A stretch of DNA of 64,000 bases from Felis catus (GCF_018350175.1 NC_058368.1:129210001-129274000), one strand, 5' to 3'. Counted from the stretch's first letter, positions 23,740 through 36,725 are shown. Made by a program: numbers and translations. Notes: a model not told the origin generated them from the letters alone.

Positions 23740-24680
23740 CATTTTCCTTCTGCACAGAATCATGCTTTTGTTCAGTTGTCTTCCCTCTCCTGTACCCTTA
23801 GGAGAGGCTGAAACAACCCTTCCCATAGGGTCTTCTTTCCAGTAATTGGTTCAGAAATGGGTATGTGTGGCTCACTGATGGCCAGTGCTATCTGGGGGAT
23901 TCTCTCTCCTTTTCCTCCAGATGCTTTGTGTCTGACTGTGATGCCTAGAATTGCTGCAGTCATCATGCTATCAGTGTAAGGATTGAGCTGATAGGATGGC
24001 AAGAATGGAGAGAAAGAGAGAAAGAACCCACATCATTGATGACATCATCAAGCCACTGTTATCAATCAACCCTTGTCATGGTTAACTTTATGTTTCAACC
24101 TGACTAGGCTCAGGGATGCCCACATAGCTGGTAAAACATGATTTCTGGGTGTGTCTGTGAAGATGTTTCTGGAAGAGATTAGCATTTGAATCTGTAGACT
24201 GAGTAAAGATCATCTTCACCAGTGTGGGTGGGCATCATCCAATCTGTTGAGGGCCTGAGTAGAACAAAAAGGTGGAAAGGTTAATTCTCTCTTTTACTTG
24301 AGCTGAGACATCATCTTCTCCTTCCCTCAGGCATCGGTGCTCCTGGTTTTCCAGCCTTCAGACTTGGACTTGGATTTACCCAGTTCTTTGGCCTTGGGGT
24401 GGAATTATAGTACCAGCTTTTCTGAGCCCCCAGCTTGCAGACATCAGATCACAGGACTTCTTAGCCTTCATAATTGTGAGTCAATCCCTTATAATTAATC
24501 TCATTCTATATATATATCCTGTTGGTTCTATTTCTCTGGAGAATCTTGACTAATTCAGCCTTTAAGCTGCCCTGCCACTCAACTTTCTGTTTTGCAGGAT
24601 AATGCATTTCCTTAATGTTTAAATCAGTTTGAGTCAGGATTTCTGTTGCTCGTGGCCCAAAGCATCTTAAATGCTTAAGA
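23740..24680 (+). mobile_element. MLT1J/K-like LTR split by the MLT2 insertion
   Basis: gatgcctagaattgctgcagtcatc before the MLT2; tgtttaaatcagtttgagtcaggatttctgttgctcgtggcccaaagcatcttaa after it. Confidence 0.7.
24074..24557 (+). mobile_element. MLT2 (MLT2C/D-like) ERVL solo LTR, complete
   Basis: TGtcatggttaactttatgtttcaacctgactaggct..gagattagcatttgaatc..ttggttctatttctctggagaatcttgactaattCA. Confidence 0.92.
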
Positions 24681-25747
24681 GAATTTTAAGACCAGTTCTC
24701 GTTTCCTAGAAGATCTAACAGAATTTGCTCAATGTCATGTTTTGGGTGATAATAGAACTCAGGACTAGAGGTAGAGTCTTTTGCCTCAAAGTTATTTTTA
24801 TTATATGCTGCCTTTTTCACAGTTGACTTAGTTATAAATCAAAGGTGGCTTAAAAACCCATCTGTGAACACACTGTCCTTGTGTTTAACAAAATTGCCCC
24901 GCCTAGGTCAAGTCTGGAATTCTATTCCAAATTTTCCTTATTTGGATATGCTGGATCAAACTGGCCACTCACACATACAAAGAGTGTGCTTGTTGACTTT
25001 GAAGAACTGAAAACACTTTGTTCCTCATTGCTGGGGAGCACTGGCCTGGGAGACTTGATATGCTGGATAGCTGTGGGCAAGAAAGACAAATTATACCTGT
25101 TTGGGTCAAAACTTGCCATCTGTAAGGTAAGGGAGAACACAGGATGTTGTCTAAGGCCATTGCCAAGACTTCAGTTGGAAGATTGAATGGAATCCACAGG
25201 CAGAGGAAGGGCGAGGGAGGCAGTGGGGGAATAAAGGGCGGGGAGATTGGCTTATTCTTTCCATTCCTAGTGGCATTTCTTGTATCAGGCCATTCCCCAT
25301 CTGCAAGGCCTTCTATTTGCCTCCAGCATTACAGTCGGCTTGCCCACGCTGTAGGGCCCAGGTTAAGCTGTACTTCCTCCACCAAGTCTTCTCTGATCAC
25401 TGCAATATGCACCAGTAATTATTTCTCAGAATACACTTATTTCCTGAACTCCTTAGTCATTCATTAACCACAGCATGTTATTTTGGAATATTTCTTTTGA
25501 CACTTCACTCATTTTGCCCCTGAATGTTATCTTTGGAGAGCACATCAGCAAAGAAGAAAGGGCTTAGACTTTAAGGACACATTGACTTGGTTTGAATCCT
25601 GCCCTGCAACCCCTGCCTTGCAGAACTCCAGGGGCCAGGGAGTCAATATGGCAGCCCTTCCTGGCTCTACTACTTGGAAGTAATCCTCTCTGGCCAGCTC
25701 AAGTCCTCTGTGGAATGCAGTTGGGGCAGGTGTGAACAGGCACACTC

Positions 25748-26190
25748 TGTTAGTTTTCTACTGCTGCCCAACAAATTGCTATATCTTAAAACACCACACA
25801 TTTCTTATCTTATAGTTCTGGGAGTCAGAAGTCTAATGGGTCAAGCAAGGCTAGTAACTTAAGGAGGCTCCAGGGGAATCCACCTCCTTGCCTTTTCTAG
25901 CTTCTAGCTGCAGCCGGCATTTCTTGGCTCGTGGCCCCGCATCACTCCAGCCTCTGTTTTCTTCCTCGTATCTCTGTTGCTCTGACTCTGACCTTTCTAC
26001 CTACCTGTCATAAAAGCCTTTGATCTTACCTGGGGCCCACCCAGATAATTCAGGCGAGTCTCCCCATCTCAGGATTTTGTAACTTGATCATTTCTACCAA
26101 GTCCCTCCCTGCCCTCTTCCCCCATTTGAGGTAACACATTCACAGGGTTTAGGGCCTGGACATCTTTGGGGACATTATTCTGCCTGCCAC
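25748..26190 (-). mobile_element. MLT1C/D-like MaLR LTR
   Basis: tgttagttttctactgctg..tcttatagttctgggagtcagaagtc..gggcccacccagataattcagg..catctttggggacattattctgcctgccac. Confidence 0.85.
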
Positions 26191-26340
26191 TTCTGTGCTC
26201 TTTGGATGCCACTTTCCTTATCTGTAAAATGGAACTGCTACTCTCTGCCTTACAGGGTTATTTAGGTGTTTAAATGAGATAATTTAAGTGTGTAAATTCC
26301 TAGCCCTGTGCCTGGCACAGTGTAGGTGGTCGGTGCTGGT
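26191..26340 (+). mobile_element. MIR SINE 3' part
   Basis: tttccttatctgtaaaatgg..cagggttattt..ttaaatgagataat..gtgcctggcacagtgtagg. Confidence 0.8.
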
Positions 26341-28445
26341 CAGTTTTCTTTTCTGAGTGGGTTGTTGTGAGTTGGAGGCCAAGTACTGTGACTTCTACCT
26401 CTTTCTAAGCCTTTAGGTTTTAGGTACTGGGTCCTGAGAAGGAAATCAGCAAGTATAATAATTACCTTGATCGACGACAATGTCTTACATATAATAAGGT
26501 GTCTAAAATGATTTGTTGATTGTTGTTTTGTTAGGAATGGGTGGGGGACATCTGATTAAGCACTATCAGATCCAAAATACAAATGTGGGATTCTTCTGCC
26601 ACACTTTTACCTAATTACCCTAAAAACTAGTGGGAGAGTAGAATTAGTTCACAATACAATTTAGGGGGAAAAAAATTCTTGCTGTCATGGACTTTTCTCC
26701 TTGGTCTGGAAACTTCTTGGTTTCCTAGGGTGCAGCTGACTGCTCGCTCTGCAACTGAAAAATCTCTCAAAGGGCCCTGTCCAGTTAGGTCACACAAAGC
26801 CAGGCTTATTATTTAGAGAGCACACAATGCCCCCTCACATGGGGCACAGAGAGGAAGGAATTTTTTTTAAGCCAATTCCAGTCCCCTGGAGCTGCAAACT
26901 GCCCTCAGGGCAAAGAAGCCTGCAGGATAATTGGGAGGAGTCTGGCAGGAGAAAAGCCGTCCATGAAAGTTAAAGCTGCATCTTTCTCTATATATCGAGG
27001 GATGCCAAGCCACTTTTTAAGTATTCCCCTCTGGGACAAACCTGTATGTCAAGATAAACAATTAAATAATATGCAAGGGCCAAATCAGGAAAATTGCAGC
27101 CTCAGCCTGAGAAAATAATGCTGGGAAGCATCAGCCGTCTGCCACGGCGAAGGTGAGGAGACAGGTTCCGGAGATTCTGCGGGAGAACTGGGTCAGGGAG
27201 GAGGTGCTGTCTGCTTAGAAAAATGCTTCAGGCCCCCTGAAGTTGGTGCGTTCATGCTTTCTCAAGATAATAAGGTGGAAAATGACCTTACGTTATCTCT
27301 CTATTGAACCAGAGTGCAGCTGCCCTAGGAACCCTAACACAGTTGCGGATAATGTGTCTAGAGGGAGAGAGGAACCAGAGACCAGACCCCAAAACTGTGA
27401 CAGGGAGGATCATGAGAGAAGGGCAGACCGTTGGATGGGACACCACTGCCCTTAGGGCCGCATAGGGACCGCAAGGAGAGGATTCTTCACACTGTCATCT
27501 CTGGAGCGTCACCCTGGGCTTCTGCGTCATCATACTTTGGCCAGCAAGGGCTAAAGGATGGTCAGACGAACATACGTTGTCACAGCACTCTGAACAACTA
27601 GCACATGGGGGTTGAACTTGTCTAAGGGACTTTTTGCGGACAAGGAGGAAGCATTATTTGTATAGTATGTGACCAGAGTAGAGAATTCACAGTCCTGTGT
27701 GATGACATGGACAGAACTGAATGATCTTAGTGTCTCATCTTCCTGGGCAGAGCAGACCAGCAGGGTCTGGGGAGTCAGGCTGGCTGAGGTGGCATTCTTA
27801 AGAGGCCTGAGCAAATCCCAGCAGTAACACCCAGGAGCATAGCCACTGGTGCCCAGGGCAAGCAGCCCAGGGCTGGCACTGGGTTACTAAAGTTGTATTA
27901 GGCAAGAGAAGGGTGGGTCAGGTGAGCATGCAAGAGCATCTGGGACCACAAAGAGCTCATGAGCACAGGCTGAGAGCTGAGGGAAAGCATGGTCCACGGG
28001 AGACTCCTGGGTGTTGCCTGCAGGGGGTCCTTGCACCCATATCTGAGGGCTCCTTGGAGTGCCCGTATCCAGGATATCCACATCTTAGGGCTTAAGGACA
28101 TAGCTCGGGAGTGGAGGATAAGAAATGTTTGGCACAGATTGGCCCTTCTGAAAAACCGAGATAGCCTCAACATCAGAAAGTGCGATCAGGCTAAGCAGAG
28201 AGGCATACTTTGGGTCCCTTTGCCGCAAAATAGAAGGTGGTCTTTAAACCTGGGCTTGTCTAATAATTCCTGTGTCAGGCCAACTCCACTCTACAGAGGG
28301 CTTTTGGGTATATGCTCCCATGCAGAAGGCTTTGTACTTTTTTTGGGTAGGGTAGAAGCAAATCCCACTCTGAGAAGTCCCAGTGGGGGTCTTAACATTG
28401 GATTACAACTCAAGGAAGCTTGGTGTTCATACACTGTGACAGAGG

Positions 28446-28471
28446 AGGAGTGCCAGATTTAGGAAAAAAAA

Positions 28472-28523
<52 letters not shown>

Positions 28524-28681
28524 ACGCTCAGTGAAATTTGAATTTCAGAAAAACAGTGAATAAATTTTTTAGCATACATATATCCCAAACATTGCCCGGA
28601 ACATACTTATACTGAAAATTATTTGTTCTTTTTCTGAAGTTCAGTTAAACCTGGCATCTTGTATTTTATCTGGCCACACTA
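28446..28681. mobile_element. MER53 palindromic MITE with an internal (A)n(TA)n expansion
   Basis: tgccagattta..aggacgctcagtgaaatttgaatttcaga..acatacttatactgaaa..tctgaagttca..gtattttatctggc. Confidence 0.88.
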
Positions 28682-28939
28682 TTATGGAGGCTTATATAGA
28701 ACAGCAGGCCTACGACAAGCCCAGGTGCTAGGCCAAAACAAATCAGGCAGGTGTCTTCCGTTGATGCAACCTCTACCAAAGGTTCCATTTCAAGGTCCGA
28801 GCCTGAGTCAGCAGAACAAGCATATGTATTCAATAAAATATTACTTGCCACCAAAAGTTCTTTGCATTTAGTTTGCAGTCGACTCATTGACATGCCGCTC
28901 ATCAGTGCACCTCAAACAAGTTGATAAATATCCACCACT

Positions 28940-29140
28940 AGGAGCACCTGGGTGGCTCAGTCAAATGTCCGACTCTTGATTTCCGCTCAGGTCGTGATCT
29001 CACGGTTTGTGGGTTCGCTGTCAGCACAGAGCCTGCTTGGGGTCCTCGCTCTTCCTCTCTCTCTGCCCTTCCCCCTGCTCGCTCATGTGCATGTACACAC
29101 TCTCTCTCAAAATAAGTAAATAAACAAAAATAAATAAATA
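28940..29140 (+). mobile_element. CAN-SINE with an internal deletion
   Basis: ggagcacctgggtggctcagtc..tcaggtcgtgatctcacggtttgtgggttcg|ctgtcagcacagagcc..(AAAT)n tail. Confidence 0.9.
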
Positions 29141-29845
29141 AACACACACAACTGGAGCTGCTGTGGAGATGCAGACAGAGCCTGATGCAGACACAGCACA
29201 CAAAATCCCATCGTTTTGTGGCTTTCAGAAAGCTTGCTGATATCTTTCTTTTCCTTCTGTCCTGAAAGCTCTATAGAAAAACCCACTAAGGGAGAAAGCC
29301 ATGACTGCTCTCCTTGGGCCCCAAATTCCAGGCTGAAATGACCCAGGGGTAGCAGGCAGACTTGACAATCTGTCAGTTTCTGGATAGAGTTACTCGTCAA
29401 TCACTCATTCCTGCTAAATGGCAGAAACTCCTTTTTCTTTATGTCAGACTTTATTTGCTCCTAATGCAGTTATAGCTCAGTTTCTGGAATGTCTAGTGGG
29501 AACTGAGTACCACCCCGTCCACTTGGTCACAGGGAAACCATGAAGTCAGCCCAAGGACTTAGCTTCCTTTTCTTCACTAAACCTCTGGGTCCTCTCCAAA
29601 TTCTTTGTATTACTTTTATGCTCTGATCTCATTTTGGCTGGAGCCACATTATAACTTCTTTCTATTCCTTGAATGTGCTATGCTCATTTCTCCAAAAGGG
29701 CATCTGGAATGTTCTTCCCCCAAGCCTCCCTACAGCTGCTCCCTGTCACCTCCTGCCTCTCTAGTCTAATCTCTCTCTATAGCCTCACTGGCTTAAAAAA
29801 AAACAAAAAAAAACAAAAAACCCTCATAACACTTATCACTAATGT

Positions 29846-29872
29846 CCCCCCCCCCCCCCCCCCCCCCCCCCC
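29846..29872. repeat. Poly-C tract (27 nt)
   Basis: Seen directly. Confidence 0.9.
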
Positions 29873-30215
29873 AGTTTATGTGTTCATTTATTTATTCTGT
29901 ATTTCTCCTCTGGAATGAAAGCCCCTGGTCTCAGCATAGTGCCTGGTGCATACTAAGTGCCCCACAAATGTTGAGAAGCAGTGAGTGGCTCTCCAGGAGA
30001 ATGAAAAGCTTCCCCTTCAGTTCTTTTCTCCCTCTGGGCCTTGGGCAGGTCTTCCTGGGATTCCTTTAGCCTTCTACCACACCCACAAGCTGAGAGAATA
30101 ACCCCAGGAGGGCAGTGCTCTGTTTTACATATACAGATAAGAAACAACTGAAATTTGGTTATCCGCTCTATGGAGATGAAAACAAAGTAGTATTTTATTC
30201 AAAAAGAATGTGTGT

Positions 30216-30441
30216 GGGGCGCCTGGGTGGCGCAGTCGGTTAAGCGTCCGACTTCAGCCAGGTCACGATCTCGCGGTCCGTGAGTTCGAGCCCCGCGTCA
30301 GGCTCTGGGCTGATGGCTCAGAGCCTGGAGCCTGTTTGCGATTCTGTGTCTCCCTCTCTCTCTGCCCCTCCCCCGTTCATGCTCTGTCTCTCTCTGTCCC
30401 AAAAATAAATAAACGTTGAAAAAAAAAAATTAAAAAAAAAA
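30216..30441 (+). mobile_element. Young SINEC_Fc (CAN-SINE)
   Basis: Nearly identical to the 13196 copy; perfect 15-bp TSD aaaaagaatgtgtgt (30201-30215 / 30442-30456). Confidence 0.98.
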
Positions 30442-30840
30442 AAAAAGAATGTGTGTAATAACAGTAATCTGAAAATAATGATATCTATGAGGTCCTGGCA
30501 AAGCCACCCAAGAAAAGAAAAACAATAGATGTGAAAGCTTCAGTGAGTCATGACACCGCCTTTCAGCATCAGACTGCCCTGGAATCAGATTCAGATAAAC
30601 TGGTTTCATCAACTCTAGACTCAGCTGTACACGTCTTTTTTGATTCCCAGCACCAACTGAACATTCTCCAGATAATGGCAAGGTATTGGCTCTCCTTCAA
30701 AACGTTCAACTGTGCAGGGGAAGAATGAAAAGGATTCCTTATCCGCTTCTTAAGGTCTAAACACAAGTTAGCTCCTTTCCTGGGTCTGCCCAGCGGGTGT
30801 CTTTTTTCCTCTGGTGTCTACAAAGAGCTACTGGCTGGAC

Positions 30841-31005
30841 CAGTATTTGTCAAAGGTGGTCTGTGGCCCACCCCCAGCAGGATTATTTTAAATGCAGATT
30901 TCTGGGATTTACCAGATGCCTAGTGACTCTGAAGTCCTGGGTAGAGCCCAGGAATCTACATTTTAATTGACTCCATACCCGGAGGATTCTTAGGCACACT
31001 CGGGC
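30841..31005. mobile_element. MER5A MITE
   Basis: caaaggtggtctgtggcccacc..ttaaatgcagatttctggg..gcccaggaatctacattttaa. Confidence 0.8.
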
Positions 31006-31284
31006 TTTGTCCGGCCCTGTGGCCTCACTTTCTCCCGCTCCCTGGTTATCACTAGGCTTCCTGTATGTGTGTGTCTCTTCTTCCCAATGCAACTCTAAGG
31101 GCAGGGGATACACTTGACATTTCTTTCTTGTCTGCTTTGGTGCCGAATTCACTACAAGTATTCAAAAAGATATTTATTGAACGAAAGACCTGAAATTATT
31201 TCCCTTTGCCTTGAACTTGTTCAAGGAAACTTCCCCCAAAAGATTGGGTTATAAATTTGCCAATTTGATGCTTAAGACAAATTG

Positions 31285-31285
<1 letters not shown>

Positions 31286-31312
<27 letters not shown>
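31286..31312. repeat. (TG)n microsatellite
   Basis: Seen directly. Confidence 0.9.
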
Positions 31313-31315
<3 letters not shown>

Positions 31316-32858
31316 TATTGCTCTCCTGAATAAATGTTTTGTGTCCACTCCCACCCCCCACCCCCACTTTGTTCAAAGAAGGACAACAAGGTACATATGG
31401 CTGGGCAAAATTGTCTAACCCAAAGGTAGAAGCCATTTTTGCCCTTTCCTAGAACACTTGTGTGAAAAGATTTGTGAACATTTCAGGGTAGGGAAGATCC
31501 TAGGAGAATAGGTAGCCACAGGCAAGGTGTGCTTGAGGGGGAACTAGAGGGCCCTGCCTGACCAGTGGGACCTGGCACTTTGGCCTGTCTCAGTGTGCAC
31601 AAGTAGCATCCATTGTTTTGAAGTCCAGAGTCCAGCTCAATTTATTGGAGTGTCTAACCCCAGAGAGCTGAGTACCAGAGGGCAGGGTGGCCTGGGCAGA
31701 TGGGTTCTAAAGGAGGCAGAGGTCCTGGGTGTGGTGGGGTGAGGAGGGCAAGCCCTGTGGGCGGTGAGGTGCAGGCCAGCAGGACAGTGGCGGACCCATG
31801 GTAGGGAGGGCACAGTGGCAGAGAAAAGGTCCCCAGGGGCCATCGTGTCTAGAACAAGTGGCACCTTTTTCTGGTCTTCTTAGACTCACTCCTGAGGCAA
31901 AAGCCATGATGAGGCTGTATCACCAATGTGAAGATTGAGAGCGGCGGGAGTGAGGGGGAGGAAAACGGAGGTGGGAGCATGGAGAGCCACATCTACTCTT
32001 AGTTCCACGTCCTTCTGGAGTTAGGAATCTGACCTACAACCTGCTGGACACCCTGTCTGAGCCGTCCGAGAGAGGATGCTCACCCCCTCACGGTCCATGC
32101 AGGGGTCCCAAGGCACCTTCACGGCTTCAGGCACAATCTGCTTCTGGAAGTTGTGTCCCCTTTCCTCATTCTCCCTCTTCCTCCTTCCTTTTCTAGACTC
32201 TCCTTCCTGATAGACATTTATGTATGTGAAGGGAGCTTTTAGTCCCCCTCGGTTTTCTGCAGGTTGAACTTCCCAAGTAACTCCCACTTCTCCCCGTATG
32301 ACTTGCTTTCCTGCCTCCTCTTTCTTCAGCTTGCTGGAGTTCTGATGTCAAGCCGCCTCTGCCTCCCGTTGAGGCCCTCTGTTTCTGTCTGTGGCACCTT
32401 CATCTTCCCGTCACCCAGGCTTGAACAATACATTCAGCCTTGCCTCCTCCTTCTTTCTTACCCTTAAGCTGTTGGGAGTTTTGTAGGGGTGGAAGTGCAT
32501 TTTCATACATCTTGTGACAGTTTTTGTCCTAGAGAAGTCCTGGGGCAGCAAGTGGAAATGCACGTGGTGTGAGCTCTCAAGGAGAGTGTGCGCTCACAAC
32601 CAACTGTGCACTGCAGCTGAGGCGAGGTGATGAGGGGCGCCAAAGTGGCTGCCATACAAAATCCTTATCTGCTTAAAACTTTGCAGAGAGATGTTTTCCA
32701 TTGCTCTTGGTGTGAGTTTAAACTTGCTGTTTTGGCATTCAAGGCCCTACATGATCTGGCTCAGTGCATCTCTCCACGTCATCTCTTGCCTCTCCCTGAA
32801 GGACGCTTTGTGCTCTAGCCATTCTGAATGCTCCATATTTTGTTTGTTTGTTTTTTCT

Positions 32859-33077
32859 TTTTTAAAAAAAATTTTCTTAATGTTTATTTTTGAGACAGAG
32901 AGAGACAGAGCGTGATCAGGGGAGGGTCAGAGAGAGAGGGAGACACAGAGCCCAAATCAGGCTCCGGGCTCCCAGCTGTCAGCACAGAGCCCGACGCGGG
33001 GCTCGAACTCACGGACCGTGAGATCATGACCTGAGCCGAAGTCAGAGGCTTAACCCACTGAGCCACCCGGGTGCCCC
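32859..33077 (-). mobile_element. SINEC_Fc (CAN-SINE)
   Basis: Full body; TSD tgtttgtttgttttttct (32841-32858 / 33078-33095). Confidence 0.97.
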
Positions 33078-33249
33078 TGTTTGTTTGTTTTTTCTAACAG
33101 AACCTGAGAAATGAAGCTGTTTTGTTTGGTCCTATTAGTAATGTGGGAACCGGGAGCACTTTTCAAAGCTGCAGAGGTGAAGGTGGCTTGAGGGTAACCA
33201 GATCAAGCTGGTTTCAGTTTGGAGGACAAATGAGAAGGAAGTAAAGCAG

Positions 33250-34400
33250 TAGAAGAAGTTTGTTGGGGCTGGACTTTACCCTCAGGGTCATGAGGGAGTC
33301 ATGAGTGTGTTTTAAGCAGAATGGTGAAGTAATCATAGTCATTCATTAGATGACTCTGGCTCTCCGGTAAAGCACGGATTTGAGAGTGACCGATTGGGTG
33401 TGGGGATGTGGAAAGAGTCAAGGACGATGCCCCAGCGTCTAGCCTGGGCACAATGCTAGATGGCAGTGCCATTCATTGATATAGAGGCCGAGGGATGAAG
33501 AAGAGATTAGGTGGGAGACAGTGACTTTGTTTGTGTTTGAATATGAGTTTGAGGTAGATTTGGGACAAAGAGAATTGTCTGGAAGTCTCTTCAGGAGGGA
33601 GAACTGGGCTGGAGCTATAGATTAGGAATCACTAAAGGCTGTAAATGGTCGAGTCCAGAGAAAGTATTTATTTAAAACAAGGAGGGTCTTGGGTTGAACC
33701 CCAAGGTATCCCAGCCTTTAAGACATGAGATGCCCACCAAGAAGGCCAAAAGGAGAGGTCCAAGAGGTAGGGGAAGACGGCCAGGCTCTGGTGTCATGGA
33801 AACTGAGGGAAGAAGCTGCTTCTAGGGACTGATCAGCAGTGTCAAATGCTGCTGAAGTTCACATGAGATGAAGACAGAGGAGGGTTTGTTGGCATTAGTA
33901 ACAAGCAGGCAGTTGGCAATATGAGTAAGAGAGGGGCTTCTGTGGGTGGTGAGGTCAGAGGCTGGTTGCAGTGGGTTGAAGAATGAGTAGGAGTTGAGGA
34001 GGTGGAGACAAATACAAAAATACATTTTGCTTTTAAAGAAGTCTGATTGTGAGTGAGAGGAGGGGGGGCAGTGGCTTGAGAGATGGTTGAAAAATGATAT
34101 TAAAACACAGTGACGTGTGTTTAACGGTGAATACGAAAGGATCCAGTGGAGAGAACCCGTGCATCAGTGAGGGGGCAGGCAGAAATGGTGGCAAGTAGAA
34201 ACAGTTCCACCTGGTGACTCTTTTTACTTTGAGGAGAGGGAGGCAAGATCTCCTGATGAGGGTTGGGGGACAGGCGTAGCCAGCCACGTTTGAGGACAGT
34301 ATACGAAGTTTAAATAGCTGTGTGGGGGAACCAGAGAGCTTCTGCATGAAGCCCCATCTCTGTGCAGTGCGGGGACTCAGGTGGCTTCCGGGGACCTCCC
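33250..34400 (-). mobile_element. Long L2 fragment
   Basis: ggactttaccct..ttttaagcagaatggtga..gagtcaaggacgatgccc..gggctggagctatagattagga..tgtcaaatgctgctga..tgggttgaagaatgag. Confidence 0.8.
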
Positions 34401-34479
34401 AGTACTCTTTCTCTTTGGGAGTGACCTCCGTCCCCCTCATGCAGGCACCGGCTTGCATGGACTGTGTCTCTCCCAGGGC

Positions 34480-34652
34480 ACTTCCTTCTTTCTGACTCTG
34501 TATACAGTTATTTGCGGGCCTCTTCGCTCTCCTACGAGACTGTCTGTTGTAACCCCCACAAAGGCGGGCTTTGTCTTTCTATTACTCACAGCCCTGTGAC
34601 AGTGCATGGCACATAGAAGGGGATCAAAACCCATTTGTAGAATGAGTGAGTG
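34480..34652 (+). mobile_element. L2 3' end
   Basis: agactgtctg..ttgtct..acagtgcatggcacatagaagg..tgtagaatgagtgag. Confidence 0.7.
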
Positions 34653-34892
34653 CGGCCCGACCCTGCAGAAAACAGCAGGACACTTACTGTGTGATCCGGC
34701 CAATCTATCTTTAGAAAGCAGGCCTGTATCTGGTGTGCTCTGGGGTGGGGCATGTAGCTGGAGATACAGGTTTAGGAGTCGTTAGAGTATATAAATGACC
34801 AAGTGCAGAGAAACTTGACTCTGGTGCCCTATTCCCATTTAGATGCTCCCAAGTTCACCACACCCAATTATTGAATGCCAGCAATCTTAAAG

Positions 34893-35875
34893 CAGCATTC
34901 TCAAACCCTACCAGCAACAACCCCCTCCTTCACTAAAATATATTTTGTAACTCCCGTTTTACTTTCTTGAGGTGAAATTCATTGGTAACATAACCCACCT
35001 TTTACATATAATTAAAACATTAATATAACGTCCTAATGGGATAGGAGAAATGAAAGTCATTTATAATTAAAAAAATACTTTTTCAGTGCTTTTTCATACC
35101 TAATGTAGAAGAGAGCTTTGTCAACTTTTATGTGGATCTAAATCATCTAGAAGTCTTAATAAAATGCAGACTGAGACTTTAGTAGATCCAGGGTGGGGGC
35201 CTTAGATCTTTCCTCTCACAGGGATGATGGTAGATGTGGATGTTGCTGGTCTGTGGACCACCCCTTGAGCAGCAAGGAATAGGGCTCAAAAAGAAGTACC
35301 CGGATGCTTTCTTCACTGTCTAACACACGTATTTGGATTTAAGAGAGGTAAAACAGCATCTAACTGAATATTGATGGCACTTTTCTTTAGAGTGGCATTT
35401 TGAAATAAGACAGATATATATGTGTATAATCATCAATGTGACAGTTTCAAAGGCAGATTTATACATGTCCTATGGGTGACTCAAATACCATGATATGATT
35501 TTGGGAAATGATGACTAACGCTGGGAAAAGTTTTGGAAAAAGCAAAGTAAATCCTTCCCCATTTTCCACTGCAGTTTCATTATGGAATAATTAAGGATAT
35601 ATTGAAACCGCGCGAAAAACTTTGGGTGTTTATATGTAAAACGTAGTTAGGCTCTTGTCTCAGAGAACTGTAAATAGGATTTTCACCTGCATCCATACCT
35701 GGCGGGACTTCAGTCACGGGGAAAACTGGACAGTTCTTTGCTGTGACCATCTCAAACATTGCAGAAAGGCTGCGTCTCTGTCCCTGTCCTGTAAATGCTG
35801 ATAGTGCTTCCCAGTTATCGATACAACCAAAAACATGCCCTCAAGCTTCCGCAGTACTCCTGCTGAGAACCACTG
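34893..35875. mobile_element. MER20B (hAT-Charlie), with a MER5A inserted at ~35110-35278
   Basis: cagcattctcaaacccta..tgaaattcattggtaacataacc..gactcaaatacca..tgtttatatgtaaaacgtagttagg..acaaccaaaaacatgcc..tgagaaccactg. Confidence 0.8.
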
Positions 35876-36399
35876 GCCTCGAGAGACTAAGGAAGAATAG
35901 TGACAGTGGACCGAGGCTTCCTGAAGCACACTGCATGAGAACCCACTGCCTGGAACAGGAGGTGTGTTTCCCTGGGAAGGAGCCCCAGCCAGATTGCCTC
36001 CACTAAGCTGAGTGTGCAAATCCACAACTGCTGAGTGGACACAAGTGGCTCATGTTCTGTGTCACAAAGACAGAAGCTGGTTTCCCAGGATAAGACATTT
36101 TCAAGATGCTGAGACATAATTACACATCTTTCTAGGCACAAATTAGCGCCATTGGTGTTTCTACTCTATTAGTCAAGTGGGGCCAAGGTCGTGGCCTTGT
36201 TCCTGTTCATCCTGGAGGAGAGGGAGAAGTAGATCAGGTAAGCCTGGCTCTTCCTGGCTGCCACCCATTTCTCTGGCTTCATCGGGTGCCAAGCCTCTTC
36301 ACGTTTACTCTGTTTGTTAATTTGTTTTTGCTTTTGCTTTTGGGGTTTCTAGAAGCTTTTGGAGGCCTCAGTGGTCTCTTATATACCATTCTCTGTGCC

Positions 36400-36720
36400 C
36401 ACAATGTTCTCCTGCTTTCTTATCCAGTTTAAATGACCCTTCCTTAGGGAAGGCTTCCTAGACCCTTCCTGTGACCTAGACCAGGTCACAGATGGGCCTT
36501 CTTTCCACGTCCTGTCCTTTCCGTGTCCTGTCTCCCTGAACTTCTTTATAACTTCAGCCACAATACTAACTACAGAGTGATTCCTGCTTAAAGTCTGCCT
36601 GCCCTTTTACATGGGAACTAGTTCCACTTCCCAGCACAGTGCTTGACACCAAGCAGACGCTCACCCCTTGATTGATGAATGCATATGAGTCAAAGTGGAG
36701 GGATGTAATTAATGAATTAA
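36400..36720 (+). mobile_element. L2 3' end
   Basis: ccttccttagggaaggcttcct..cccagcacagtgcttgacac..ttgattgatgaatg. Confidence 0.65.
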
Positions 36721-36725
36721 TTAAT

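Noticed and set aside
24881..25186. 101-aa protein-like ORF with an aag|gtaag donor-like site near 25126
   Set aside because: Non-ATG start, no recognisable homology and no partner exons; a non-coding exon cannot be excluded but is unsupported.
27695..27790. Possible C/D box snoRNA (gtgatga..ctga..ctga)
   Set aside because: No convincing terminal stem or recognisable rRNA/snRNA guide; such short boxes occur by chance.
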